A stretch of DNA of 64,000 bases, from assembly GCA_010405405.1 (NCBI GenBank), contig MU004236.1:1246070-1310069 (forward strand). Reading direction: 5' to 3'. The DNA comes from Microthyrium microscopicum (lineage: Eukaryota). Below are positions 26,301-36,960 of the stretch, piece by piece; the first letter of the stretch is position 1, and every line of letters begins with the position of its first letter. Below the pieces are notes generated by a model. It was not told the DNA's origin. It made no database searches and was given only the letters and a program-made list of their open reading frames with translations. Made by a program: the position numbers and the translations under genes.

Positions 26301-28523
26301 ATTTAGGTATAAGTATTCTTAAAGTCTATCTTAGTATAGTATATTACTCTATTAAGTTAATCTAATATCTTACTTATTAAAGAAAGTAGGTAATAGTTCT
26401 TAATAGTAATTACGTTAAGTAGGTAGTAATCTATATAAAGTTATAATTCTCTATCTTTTTTAAGTATAAAGAATATAAGTACTTTAGCTAAGCTAGTTAA
26501 TTCCTAAATTTAGCCTTTTATAAAGGCTAACTTAAGGTATTCTTATAGTACCTTAAGTTTTATTATTAATAAGTTATAAATAAGTCTAAAAGAAGAGTCT
26601 ATAATTATCTTAATAGTATATTTAATACCTTTAAGAATAAGTTTATTCTTATTCTTAGCCTTAACTTAAGAGGCTAAATTCTATAGCTCTTATAGTAGTC
26701 TATTCTCTAAATTAATATTTGCCTATAAGCTTAGCTTAAAGCTAATATTAGAAATCTTTACCTTTTTGCTATTTAAGTATAGGTACTTATTAAATTTTAT
26801 AGTTAGTTTAAATACCTTACTATATTCTTATAACCCTTCCTTAAATATACTTTAGTCTATAATCTTATATTTTAGCTTCTCTTTCTTAAATAGCTACTTC
26901 TTCTATCTTAAGTAGATAGAAATATTATATTTCTCTTATAAGAAGATTCTTTATACTATAGAATAAGTATATTTAGTTTAATTAAAAAAGAAGAAATAGT
27001 ATTTAATATCCTTATAGATATTAAAAAAGTCCTTATAATAAAAACGTAGCTAATACGTACTATAATATTTACTTTTTATTATATTATTAGTAAAACTTAT
27101 AGCTTAGATGCTTTCTATAGTTACTTTTTTAAGGCTATAGCGTTATATAAGTTATTTATTAATAATATTAATTTAATTACTAGTATCTAAGAAGACGTTT
27201 ATAGATTAATCTTTTATAGTAAAAAAAAGGTTAGCTATTATCTAAATCTATATTTCTATAGTCTAATCTAGTATTATAAAAATAAAGTATTTAACCTTTA
27301 TAATACTTACTCTTTTTTTAGGTTAGTTCTAGATTCTAATAAGAAAAGAATAATATTTAGGTTCCTTCTCTAGTCTCTATATTCTAAAAATTCTCCTTAT
27401 CTTTAGGTAGCCTAAGAGTCTCTTAGAGGCTTATTATACTTATTTACATAATATCTAAATAGATTATAATTATAATAAGTAATTTCTTTATATATTTTAT
27501 TATCTTTTCTAAGCTTTATACTTACTAGCAAGTAAGTTAATAATATATACTTTATATAATCTTTACGCCCTTATTATTTACTTTAGCTACCTTACGGATT
27601 ATAATTTAATTAGGGGGGTTAAGGATTAATATTATTTAATAAGTTTTCTTATAAATACTTATAAATAATTTACTAAAAGTATTTAGTAGTATTAACTATA
27701 TTAGGTCTAGTAGTTAAAATATACTCTATTAATTTAATCTATTTCTATAGTTCTAAGGTTAGCTTAGTAAAGAATTTTAAGTATTATTTATCTCTTTTAT
27801 AAGTTATATTAATACTAAGTTAAGTCTCTAGTAAGTTTAAGTAGGCGTTAAACTTTATAGGAGTCTAGGTAGAACGCTACTTAGCTTCTTTAAGTTTCTT
27901 AATAACTAAAAGTTTAGCTATAGCAAAATAAGTATATTAATATTAGAGCTATTTTATAAACTTCTCTTAAGTCTAAGTTAGTAGCTTAATCTTCTTCTTC
28001 TTTAGGTTCTATTAAGTTTATAGATTAGGACTTATAAATTAGCTAGCTTATTTAATATAGCTCTCTTATATAGTAAATTAAGAAAGTACTAAATAGAAAG
28101 CATTTTCTATACTTATAGTCTAATTAATAAGTTTTTATTAAGTTTTGCGTTAAAGGACTATAAGGTTAGTAGGTTTTAGTTCTCTTAGTTAAGAAGAAAG
28201 AGGAGAATTCTATTATAAGGCCTATAATAAGGCTATAATCTTATTATAAAGTTATTACGTCTTAGCTATATATACCTATTCTTATTTATTAATTTAAGCT
28301 ATTACTATATAAAGGGTAGCTAAAGTAGCTTCTAAGTCTATTAATAGTAGTAGGCTATTATATTAACTTAAGTTATTATCTAAGTTATTATTTAAGTTAT
28401 TATTTAAGTCTTTATCTTTGTCTTTACCTCTATTTTAGCCTTTATTAAAGTTTCTTATGCCCTTTATTATTATAAGGATCTATTAGGTTTGCTACTATAT
28501 AGTACGTTAAGAAGTATTAGAAT

Positions 28524-28842
28524 TATAAAGAATAGTTTAAAGTAAGGAAAATAGATTCTAAGAATTAGTATTAAGATAAGACTAATACTTAATCTTTTAA
28601 GAGATTAAGTCTACCTCTTTACTTATACTCCTCTCTATCTTCTCTTTAGTAAGGCTACTTCTCCTTCTTATCTTTAGCTTTATTTTAGCTTTATCTTATT
28701 ATAATAAAGGATAAGTACTATCTACGTTAACTTAGTAGTTCGCTAGTAAAGAGCCTTCCTATAGCGTATTATAAGAGTAAAGCGAGTAAGAAGGTAGCAA
28801 GATACCTACGCCTCTATAGCAAGTCCGTAGAGGTCCATAACA
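28524..28842 (-). repeat. 5' LTR of chromovirus A
   Basis: Direct repeat of 20073-20391; retains terminal ...TAACA. Confidence 0.9.
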
Positions 28843-30295
28843 CTACTAATAGTATTATTAATCTTAAAAAGCTCCCTTCCTTAGATCTCCCTTTTCTAGA
28901 TATACTACTAAACGCAAAATAAGCTTTATTAGATAAAGTTCTAGAAGCTAATACTAATTCTAAAGTCTATAGTATAGCTAGTTCTTTTTATATTAAGAGC
29001 TTTTATAAAAGCTTCTTTTACTAGCTTATCTATAATATTATTACTCTTAATATTAATATAGAAAAAAATCTAGTATATATATACTAACCTAAGTACTTTC
29101 TACCTAGCCTTATAAAAGGCTTTAAGGTATAGTTAGGTATTTTAGGTATTTAGATTAGTAAGAGTATAGTATACGCCTAAGTTATTAATCTAGAGGTATA
29201 TTAGTATATAATTATAAGGATTATTAAGATTAGTAGCTTAATCTTTTATTATCTTAGTAGCTATAAAGACTTCTACGTTATATATAGTATTAGCCCTAAG
29301 TAAGCCTAGATAAAATTTAGCTTAATTAAGGGTCCTAAGCTAGTAATAATTATATAATAGACCCTAGGGGTTAATTTAGTAGAAGATAGCCCTAATTTTA
29401 TTTTTAAATCTAGACTTATTAGTAAAGTAATATAAGTAATTAGTATTATTCTAAGTTACGAAGAGATAGTTAAGTTTAGCTTAGGTATATATTCTCTTAA
29501 AGGTAAAGCATAGTATACTTTCCTAAGGTTTATAAATAAAAGTATTAAGCTTTAGAAGCTTATTAAGTCTAATATCTTTATATACTCTTTAAAGTTATTA
29601 TATAAGAATTTAGAAGAGTAACTTATATATTAGTACCCTCTAATTATTTTTACATTAGAGTAGTAGTAGTGTCTTAACTAACTATAGAAGTAAAGAAGAT
29701 AAATAGCGTTTTTAAAGAATACGTAGTATTATAAGCTATAAGGTTTTAGCTAGCTATTATTTTACTAAAAAAAGGCTAAGTTTAATATTTAGAGCTAGGC
29801 TAAAGGTATTAGTCTATACGTTACTAATAATCATTATAGCGTCTCTCTATATACTCTTAAGAATAGATACTACTTTTAGATAGTATTCCTAGACTAAGTA
29901 GCTATAAATAAAGATAAGTATTACTATAGCTTTATATATTTATCTAAGGATATTAATTTTTGCACTATACTTATTAGATCCTATAAATTACTTAAGTATA
30001 GTAAGAGCGCCATAGGCTCTACCCTTTTTAATTTTAATATACATAGCAAAGATAAGTCGCTCGTTAAGATATAGGCCTAGGATCTTTACAGTCTTTAAGA
30101 CCTATTTATCTTTAGGGAGGCTAAATTAGTTAACTAGCAAAATCTCTACCTTATCGTTATACATTAGGGAGAACTCTTCGTTCTCAACCCTTGTGTCGTG
30201 AGTGCTAGGTCGGTGTAGATGGAGCAGGGAAAACTTGTCTGGCGCGAAGCGAGATCCGTGCATGCGGCTCCAACGGTGGTTGTCATCAAGGCATC

Positions 30296-30310
30296 TTGTT
30301 CTCGATCGAT
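30296..30310 (+). repeat. Right copy of 15-bp LINE target-site duplication
   Basis: TTGTTCTCGATCGAT, identical to 18805-18819. Confidence 0.88.
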
Positions 30311-30317
30311 TTCAAAC

Positions 30318-31438
30318 TCATAGCTTACTGCTGTTTTCGTTGATTTGTACAACCAACTTCCCAAATTGGCTTCCCTTTTTCATATCTTCAAATAATCCAT
30401 CAATACCATGAAGATCTAATCCTTTCACAGCCCTAGACACGATTGGCTTTAGCTTCTTTTCTCTGACAAACTGGACCATATCTCCGAATTCTTTTCTTGA
30501 CCCCATTGTGGATCCTCGGACCTCCACGTTCTTTAAGACAGCCTGCATCAGGAAGTCTGCCTTTGGACCTAAAGTCATACCATAGCTCACGATCACACCT
30601 CCTTGCTACGAGCAGGTAAGACGATGTCATCTGACACTAAAAGTTACAATCATACCTTGAGTAAACCATTTCCCACCTTGATAATATCACCTCCCGCGCC
30701 ATCAATGATGGTATCCAGGAACGGCCGCTTCTCTGGCAGCAATGACTCTAGTTTTGATGCCCAATCCTTCTCCCTATAATTTACTCCACCTTTGGCGCCA
30801 AGCTCTTGCGCTTTCTTCAACTTCTCTGGGCTGCTGCTCGTCACATAGACATTACATCCTGCAGCTGCCCCAAACAGCAATACCATAATAGCCACTCCAC
30901 CACCAATGCCTGTCACCAGCACGTTATGCCCCGGCTTTGCGTTGCCGCTCTTCGTCATCAGCGCTCGCCAGCCCGTTAAGCCTGCTAACGGCAGTGCCGC
31001 TGCCTCCACGTCGCTGAGATGTTCTGGTGCCTCTTCACATTCGCCGGCATCGAACAGCATGCTCTCTGCCAGCGTACCGGCCGGATTGAATTTGGTTCCA
31101 CCAACGATAGCGTACTGTCCTTCCTCTGGACCTTCGGGGCTATCTTTCCAGCCGGTGCCTGGGTTTAGAACTACACGCTTGCCGATCCATTGCTTAGCAT
31201 TTGCGCCGGCTGCACTGACAACACCGCAGCCATCGGCTAGCATGGGCGTGGAGAAGGAGATACCAGGATACAAGTGCTGACGAATAAACAGATCGCGATG
31301 GTTCAGAGCGGCGGCGGACATGCGTATCACCACTTGGTCGGCCGTTGGTGTTTGTGGCGGCAGAGAGACTTTGTGTAGAGGATAGTAGACCTTGCCAGGC
31401 TTCCCGTCCGTCTTCTTTACAATGATGGCCGAAGGCAT
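30318..31438 (-). CDS. MDR-superfamily NAD(P)H oxidoreductase (quinone oxidoreductase/zeta-crystallin-like); exons 31438-30656, 30605-30318
   Basis: AAALNHRDL, EAAALPLAGLTGWRAL, VLVTGIGGGVA, GSTMGS, QFGKLVV; a GTATGA...CGTAG intron joins the two ORFs (LLK|QGGVIVSYG). Confidence 0.9.
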
Positions 31439-32181
31439 GGTTGAGATATAAATCAAGCTCTTTCTAGAGGTGTCCTTGAATAGGGGTGCTTGTTGGTGGC
31501 TGTGTGATCTCACAAATTTTTAGATTCGAGGAAAATGCTCGAAGTTTTCTGATTTAAGTTTCCAGCAGTAACATATGTTTCGTAAAAGTAACAATTGATC
31601 AGATGAAATAGTCAATATCCTTCCAAAAACCAGCAGTGTTCTTGTTGTGAATGACGTTAATGGTCGTCGGGTCGATGGATAAAGTTGCCCGCCCGAGGTT
31701 CAGGACATGACTCGTAGATATCTCGGGTTTCAGCCTCATGTTCAGCCTGATGCTACCTTCTACAACTACCATCATATTAAAGTATCTCAAACCATGCAAT
31801 ACGATGATTTTGCTTGCTACTATAGTTACTTCACTTTCTCTGGAGAGAAAGTCAGAGAGTCGCAAAATACAGCCCAAAGCTGATGTTTCTAAGCATAACT
31901 CCAGCATGAGGTATGATATCTGTACGATTGTTCAATCGCTACGACAGGCAAATTTGGGAATATTTCAAGTCAGTATTCATCGGAAAGAAGAATGCCTCGA
32001 TATTACTTTGAAGGATCCGATTGCAAATAATAGTCTGCGATGATAGGTCGGTTCTTGCGGCGAGACTAGGGCCTGGAAACAGGGGGCTCAACGTGAGGTC
32101 AGAACACGAGTCTGAAATGACATTAAACTTTGCGGTTGGGAGAAGGTATTCTTCATGAACGTATCTGTTCTGGGATGCACA

Positions 32182-34661
32182 ATGCTTTATCGTTTCTCGT
32201 TCATTGCTGTCTCCCACTTGTTTAGTTATATCACCGTCTTCGTCACAGCTTCAGAGTTGAGTGACGACTCGCTTCTATGGGGGCCATATCGACCCAACTT
32301 ATATTTTGGCATCCGGCCTCGAATATCCAAAAGTCTCTCTCTGGGATTAATGTGGATCAAAAATGTTGATAGCAAGCCAGATTTCGAGAAGCTTCGTCAT
32401 ACATGCGAACAATCTGATGGTATGGCGGAGTACGGCTGGTCAATGTATGATCCACGAACCGGTGGAGTGCAGACGATATCTGATCCAGGAAACAATATTG
32501 ACCTGACGACCGAATTTGTCAAGATCACCGACGGCAGTCAAAAAGGCAGTTGGGGTACTCGGGTTCGTGGTTCTTTCAGAGACGCCTCCCATTCAAGCAA
32601 CGTCAGCCTCATCTGGTACATTTTCATGGAGAGTGATGACACCAAATCAAAACCGAATACGCTGGAATGCCAAAAAGGTGCTGGACCCGCTGGTGTAGAA
32701 TGCCACGGCTATAGTCATGGACTCGACTCATTTACGATCCAGTCCCCTCCAGTAAGGACCGGCGACGCAGCATTCTTGAACGTCCAAGGGCTCCGAATTC
32801 CTGATAATCAATTATGGATGGCAAAGGAGAATTTTGTGAAGATTCACAAGGCTTCAAGGCCTAATTCACTGGCAAGTCACCAGACAGAGAACAACGTTTA
32901 CTATGTGGAGCATATGTTCAGCCGCGATTTCGAATTCGACATCTTGTTCACCCCAAGTCAATCACAGAAGACAATGTCCGCTAATGCTTTGACGGAAGCA
33001 TTGAAGCAGGCAAATTCCACATCCTTAGCTCGATTTGATGCTGCATTTCGGCCAAAGAGCCCTTTCGATGGGGCACAGTATTCAAAGTTTTCACAATCAC
33101 TCCTGTCAAACTTACTGGGAGGCATCGGCTTTTTCTCTGGATCCAGTCTTATCGACACCTCGGATCAATCAAAGTACGAAGAAGAGGCCATCAAAACCTC
33201 AACTCACTCCGTCAACGAGCACACAAAACCCGAGTTGGGAAAGCCGGTGGAGTTATTCTCAAGCGTTCCTTCAAGACCTGTCTTCCCTCGCGGCTTTCTC
33301 TGGGACGAAGGATTCCACCAGCTTCTAATCCTGGAATGGGACTTGGACCTGTCCATTGAGATGCTGCAAAGCTGGCTCTCCGTTATGGATGAGCGCGGCT
33401 GGATTGCGAGGGAGTTCATCCTAGGACCGGAAGCGCGCAGCAAAGTTCCTTATGAGTTCCAGATTATGTATCCAAACCACGCTAACCCTCCGACGTTGTT
33501 TCTTGCGGCTCAAGCTATCACACAGATATTCTCTAAGGAGCGACCTTATCACGGACGCGCATCCAAATATCTGAAAAACAAGAACCTCGCAGACCAGGTA
33601 CTAGATGAGATATTCTTCAAACTCAATAAACAATACTCCTGGTTCAGAGATTCGCAAAAAGGCAACGCAAGCTCTGCACAATCGGCAGATGTATATCGCT
33701 GGCGAGGACGAACCTCTCAACATATCCTTGCGAGCGGATTAGACGACTATCCTCGTCCTCAACCTCCGTCTTTGTTGGAGCTTCATGTCGATGCAGCCAG
33801 CTGGGTTGATTTAATGGCGACAGTTCTCAGAGACATGGCAAGATCTCTAGGCCGTACGGATTCAAGAGTGTTTGAAGACCAGAGAGTTACTATCAAAGCT
33901 AGCCTGGACAGTATCCACTGGTCACCAGAGTCTCGAGCGTATTGTGACGCTGTACCCAGCGGGACTGGCTTTTCGCAAGTTTGCCATCTTGGCTATGTCT
34001 CGTTGATGCCGTTTCTTCTAGGTTTACTGGATCATGATGATCCAAAAGTGGGTGATATGCTGGACCTCATTCGAGACGAAAAGAAGTTATGGAGCCCTCA
34101 TGGGCTTCAAAGCTTGAGTAAGTCGGATGAGTTCTATGGGAAAGATGAGAACTATTGGCGAGGTCCGATATGGATCAACATCAATTTTCTTGCCATACAA
34201 CGACTTTTGGTACGTAAAAGCATCTTGCCTTAGCAGAAGCAGAGGCTCCAGATCTAACATAGTCACTGCAGGACATATCGCAGAAGGAAGGTCCATATCA
34301 GGCCAGAGCGCGAATGATCTATAGTGAACTGCGACGCAATGTAGTATCGACCGTGTATGAGTCCTGGAAGATTACTGGATACGCGTGGGAGCAATACAAC
34401 CAAGACACCGGTGCTGGCCAGAGAACGCAGCACTTCACAGGCTGGACAGCGCTGGTTGTGAAGATCATGGCCTTTCCGGACTTGGAAGATACCACACCGC
34501 TGGTTCCATTCTACAGAAGCCCAACGGAATCGACAAGAGGATTCCTCTTTCTGAATTTCTCCATTTTCGTCTGTCTACTGGTGCTTGCCCATCTCAACCG
34601 GGCACGAATACTACGCGTTGTGTCTTGGGTGCACGGAAATGTCTCCAGAAGGATGTTTTGA
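32182..34661 (+). CDS. CWH41: Mannosyl-oligosaccharide glucosidase I homologue (GH63); exons 32182-34209, 34272-34661
   Basis: SLLWGPYRPNLYFGIRPR, LRHTCEQ, PSRPVFPRGFLWDEGFH, ANPPT, SGLDDYPR, ENYWRGPIWININ, WEQY...HFTGWT; N-terminal signal peptide; GTACGT...CTAAC...GCAG intron. Confidence 0.92.
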
Positions 34662-35693
34662 TGCTTGACGACATATGCTCATGTTCGAGTAGAAATGATT
34701 CACATTTCATTTTCGACACTCATGCTCTCATCGAAAGAGATTGGTGGCAGCGGATCTCCACAATCGATGGGAAACGTGCATTGAAATCAAACAGCTTGAA
34801 TGGTCGAAGTATGCGATACCGAAATTGCTGCAGCATGCATTATCAGTGAGAGTAGGAGCGATGGCAGTTGCATATTACTTCTGCACGATGTCTAAAGCTA
34901 TCACAAGATAAGCACCAAAGCACGGCAGTCCTCATTGCCCAATCTGTCCCCGGTAAGGAAACGACACTTCGACTCGTCCATAGAAGTTAAAAAGCGCTGA
35001 AATGAATGGCATGAACGTCTGAGTTATTCGAAATGACGCTGCCTTCATTGTTGCCCAGTCCAAGCTCATGATCCAATCATTTCACAAAGAATGAACTGAA
35101 ACACAATTACCATCATTTACCAGGATCCTTACGACCAAGATTATTCTAGAATATGTTAAATGGGTTTAAGCATAAACAGTTCGGAGAGAAAATCAGGGGA
35201 GCCGGTTGGGGTGGTTGGCCAATAGCAAGCTAGATGAGGCTGGGGAGAGCTGCAAGGCTGAGAGGCCCGAGCTCTGATGGTGCTTTTTCCGGCTTCGCTT
35301 TTGACCTTTGAGTATTAGGAATAGACCTCACGTATTTGTTTCTTCTGGAGACAAGTATGGACAAGTAAGCTGAAGATTACGGAACAGCTCCAACTTCAGT
35401 AAATTTTGTTGTCTCAGGGGCTCGAAATGAGCAAGCAGCAAAGGAAGGCGCAAAGGGTTCCCAAAGCTCCTTCCCAACCACCAAAAAGCACGGACCAGTT
35501 CCCAGCCTTGCATGGCAAGAACGACCTTCTTTTCTGCTTCACGCTTGCCTTGTATCCGAATCGTTCCTGCCATCTATTGGCAAGTCCACTTCAAAGGTTA
35601 AATTAACCCCTCGTCCTCATCTTCGCACTTCTTCTTCTTTTCTCCTCACCACTACTTCGGTAAATCTTGCAAATTCTGCTGCTATCATCAAAC

Positions 35694-35714
35694 TCAATCA
35701 ATCAATCAATCAAT
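35694..35714 (+). repeat. (TCAA)5 microsatellite upstream of the Ser/Thr-rich gene
   Basis: tcaatcaatcaatcaatcaat read directly. Confidence 0.7.
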
Positions 35715-35814
35715 CCACTTTCGCTATCAGCTCCAAATCAAGCACAGCCAGACACTTCTGTCACCACCCCATTATTCAACAAACCATCCACACTCAACCA
35801 ATCCATTCCTCAAA

Positions 35815-36498
35815 ATGAAGTCATCCACCATTATTGCTGCCTTCACTGGCATGGCCAACGCCCAAACCCTCATCACTCTCACGGTGCCCGCCATCACGAC
35901 TGTTGTGACAGTCGAAAGCTATTCAGGCCAAGTCCTCAGCCTGACAGTTCCCGTCCTCTCGAACGGCGTGCCCGTTGCCAGTGTGGCCGGAGCGGCTTCT
36001 GGCGCCTTTGGCACCGCTGAATCTGCCTATTCTGCCTCTGAAGCTACTGCTCTCGCCTCCATCAGCGCTGCTCAATCAGCTGCCTCTGCCAACGGAGCAG
36101 CTGGAACTACGAGTGTCGTAGTTGGAACAAATACCTACGCGGTACCAATTCCATCAACATCAGGCCAAGCCACGCCTGCTTCCACTACTGTGGCTCCATC
36201 CTCTCCCGAAACCACCACCTCTGGAGCCGCCGAGACCACCTCATCAGCCGTCTCTTCAGCTGCAGCTGGTGCCACCACCTCGACTGGTGCGTCGACGACT
36301 GCCACTGCTTCCAGCTCTGTCACCACAATCACCACCAACGGAAGCACCTTGACCAGCACCACTCGTCCATCCACCACCACATCGTCAACTTCCGGTGCCT
36401 CTACAACTCCATCGGTGCCACCCAAGGGCGGATCTGGCAAAACTACAGTCAACTACTTCGTTCTCATCACCCTTGTCGTCATGGTCATGCTATCGTGA
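35815..36498 (+). CDS. Secreted Ser/Thr/Ala-rich, probably GPI-anchored cell-wall protein
   Basis: N-terminal signal MKSSTIIAAFTGMANA, low-complexity S/T/A body, small-residue site (GGSG) followed by a hydrophobic C-terminus (YFVLITLVVMVMLS); C-ending codon bias. Confidence 0.8.
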   Translation: MKSSTIIAAFTGMANAQTLITLTVPAITTVVTVESYSGQVLSLTVPVLSNGVPVASVAGAASGAFGTAESAYSASEATALASISAAQSAASANGAAGTTSVVVGTNTYAVPIPSTSGQATPASTTVAPSSPETTTSGAAETTSSAVSSAAAGATTSTGASTTATASSSVTTITTNGSTLTSTTRPSTTTSSTSGASTTPSVPPKGGSGKTTVNYFVLITLVVMVMLS

Positions 36499-36960
36499 GC
36501 AACCTAGCGAACTCTCTTGTCTTTCTATCCTGTACCATACCTTTGCCAAGGCATGATTAATACTATGATACCCATGATGCAGATGTACAGCGAATCCGGA
36601 ATGCGGCCATTACTGCCTGGCATACATTTGTCTTTCACTACCGGAGTTTTTGTTTTTTCTTCGTTCCACGATGGGACGGTAATGGTGTCTGAGTCGAATT
36701 GATAGACTCTCCTGCTGGTTTCACAAGCAGATATACGGGAACAGGGATTATGTGTTGATATGATGAATGTGCCACGTATATAGATAAACACAAAATCAAA
36801 CAGAATCTTCTAACTCGTCGTCCCGTTCTGTGACACGTTTAATGCCTGAAATATGGTTTGCTCCTAGATCACCCTGCAACATGCAATGTAGATAAGAGCG
36901 CTTAAGGTTCGTACTCAGACATCAGCACGTCAACGTGAATCAATTATCAACCATAGTCGA

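Larger units (their letters stand above)
20073..28842 (-). mobile_element. RIP-mutated Ty3/gypsy chromovirus A (8.8 kb), TSD CTACT
   Basis: 319-bp LTRs at 20073-20391 and 28524-28842; CTACT at 20068-20072 and 28843-28847. Minus-strand remnants of protease (FLDT ~27190), RT (YLNN from YLDD ~26135), integrase (~24240) and chromodomain (~23640-23460); purine tract next to the 3' LTR. Confidence 0.92.
18820..30295 (-). mobile_element. RIP-mutated, 5'-truncated Tad1-clade LINE (fragments 30295-28848 and 20072-18820, ~2.7 kb), interrupted by an LTR element
   Basis: The minus strand from 30295 reads WSRMHGSRFAPDKFSLLH...VKILGLYLNERL (C-terminal RT). RIP-altered RNase H motif (W-I-x-x-H...DKLxKEA) at ~29075-29010; CxC...H...C knuckle at ~19490-19410; (CAT)n tail at 18820-18839; 15-bp TSD. 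Confidence 0.88.

Noticed and set aside
18840..30165. Mitochondrial insertion, contamination or centromeric satellite
   Set aside because: AT-richness is explained by RIP; LTRs, TSDs and RT/RNase H/integrase remnants are readable.
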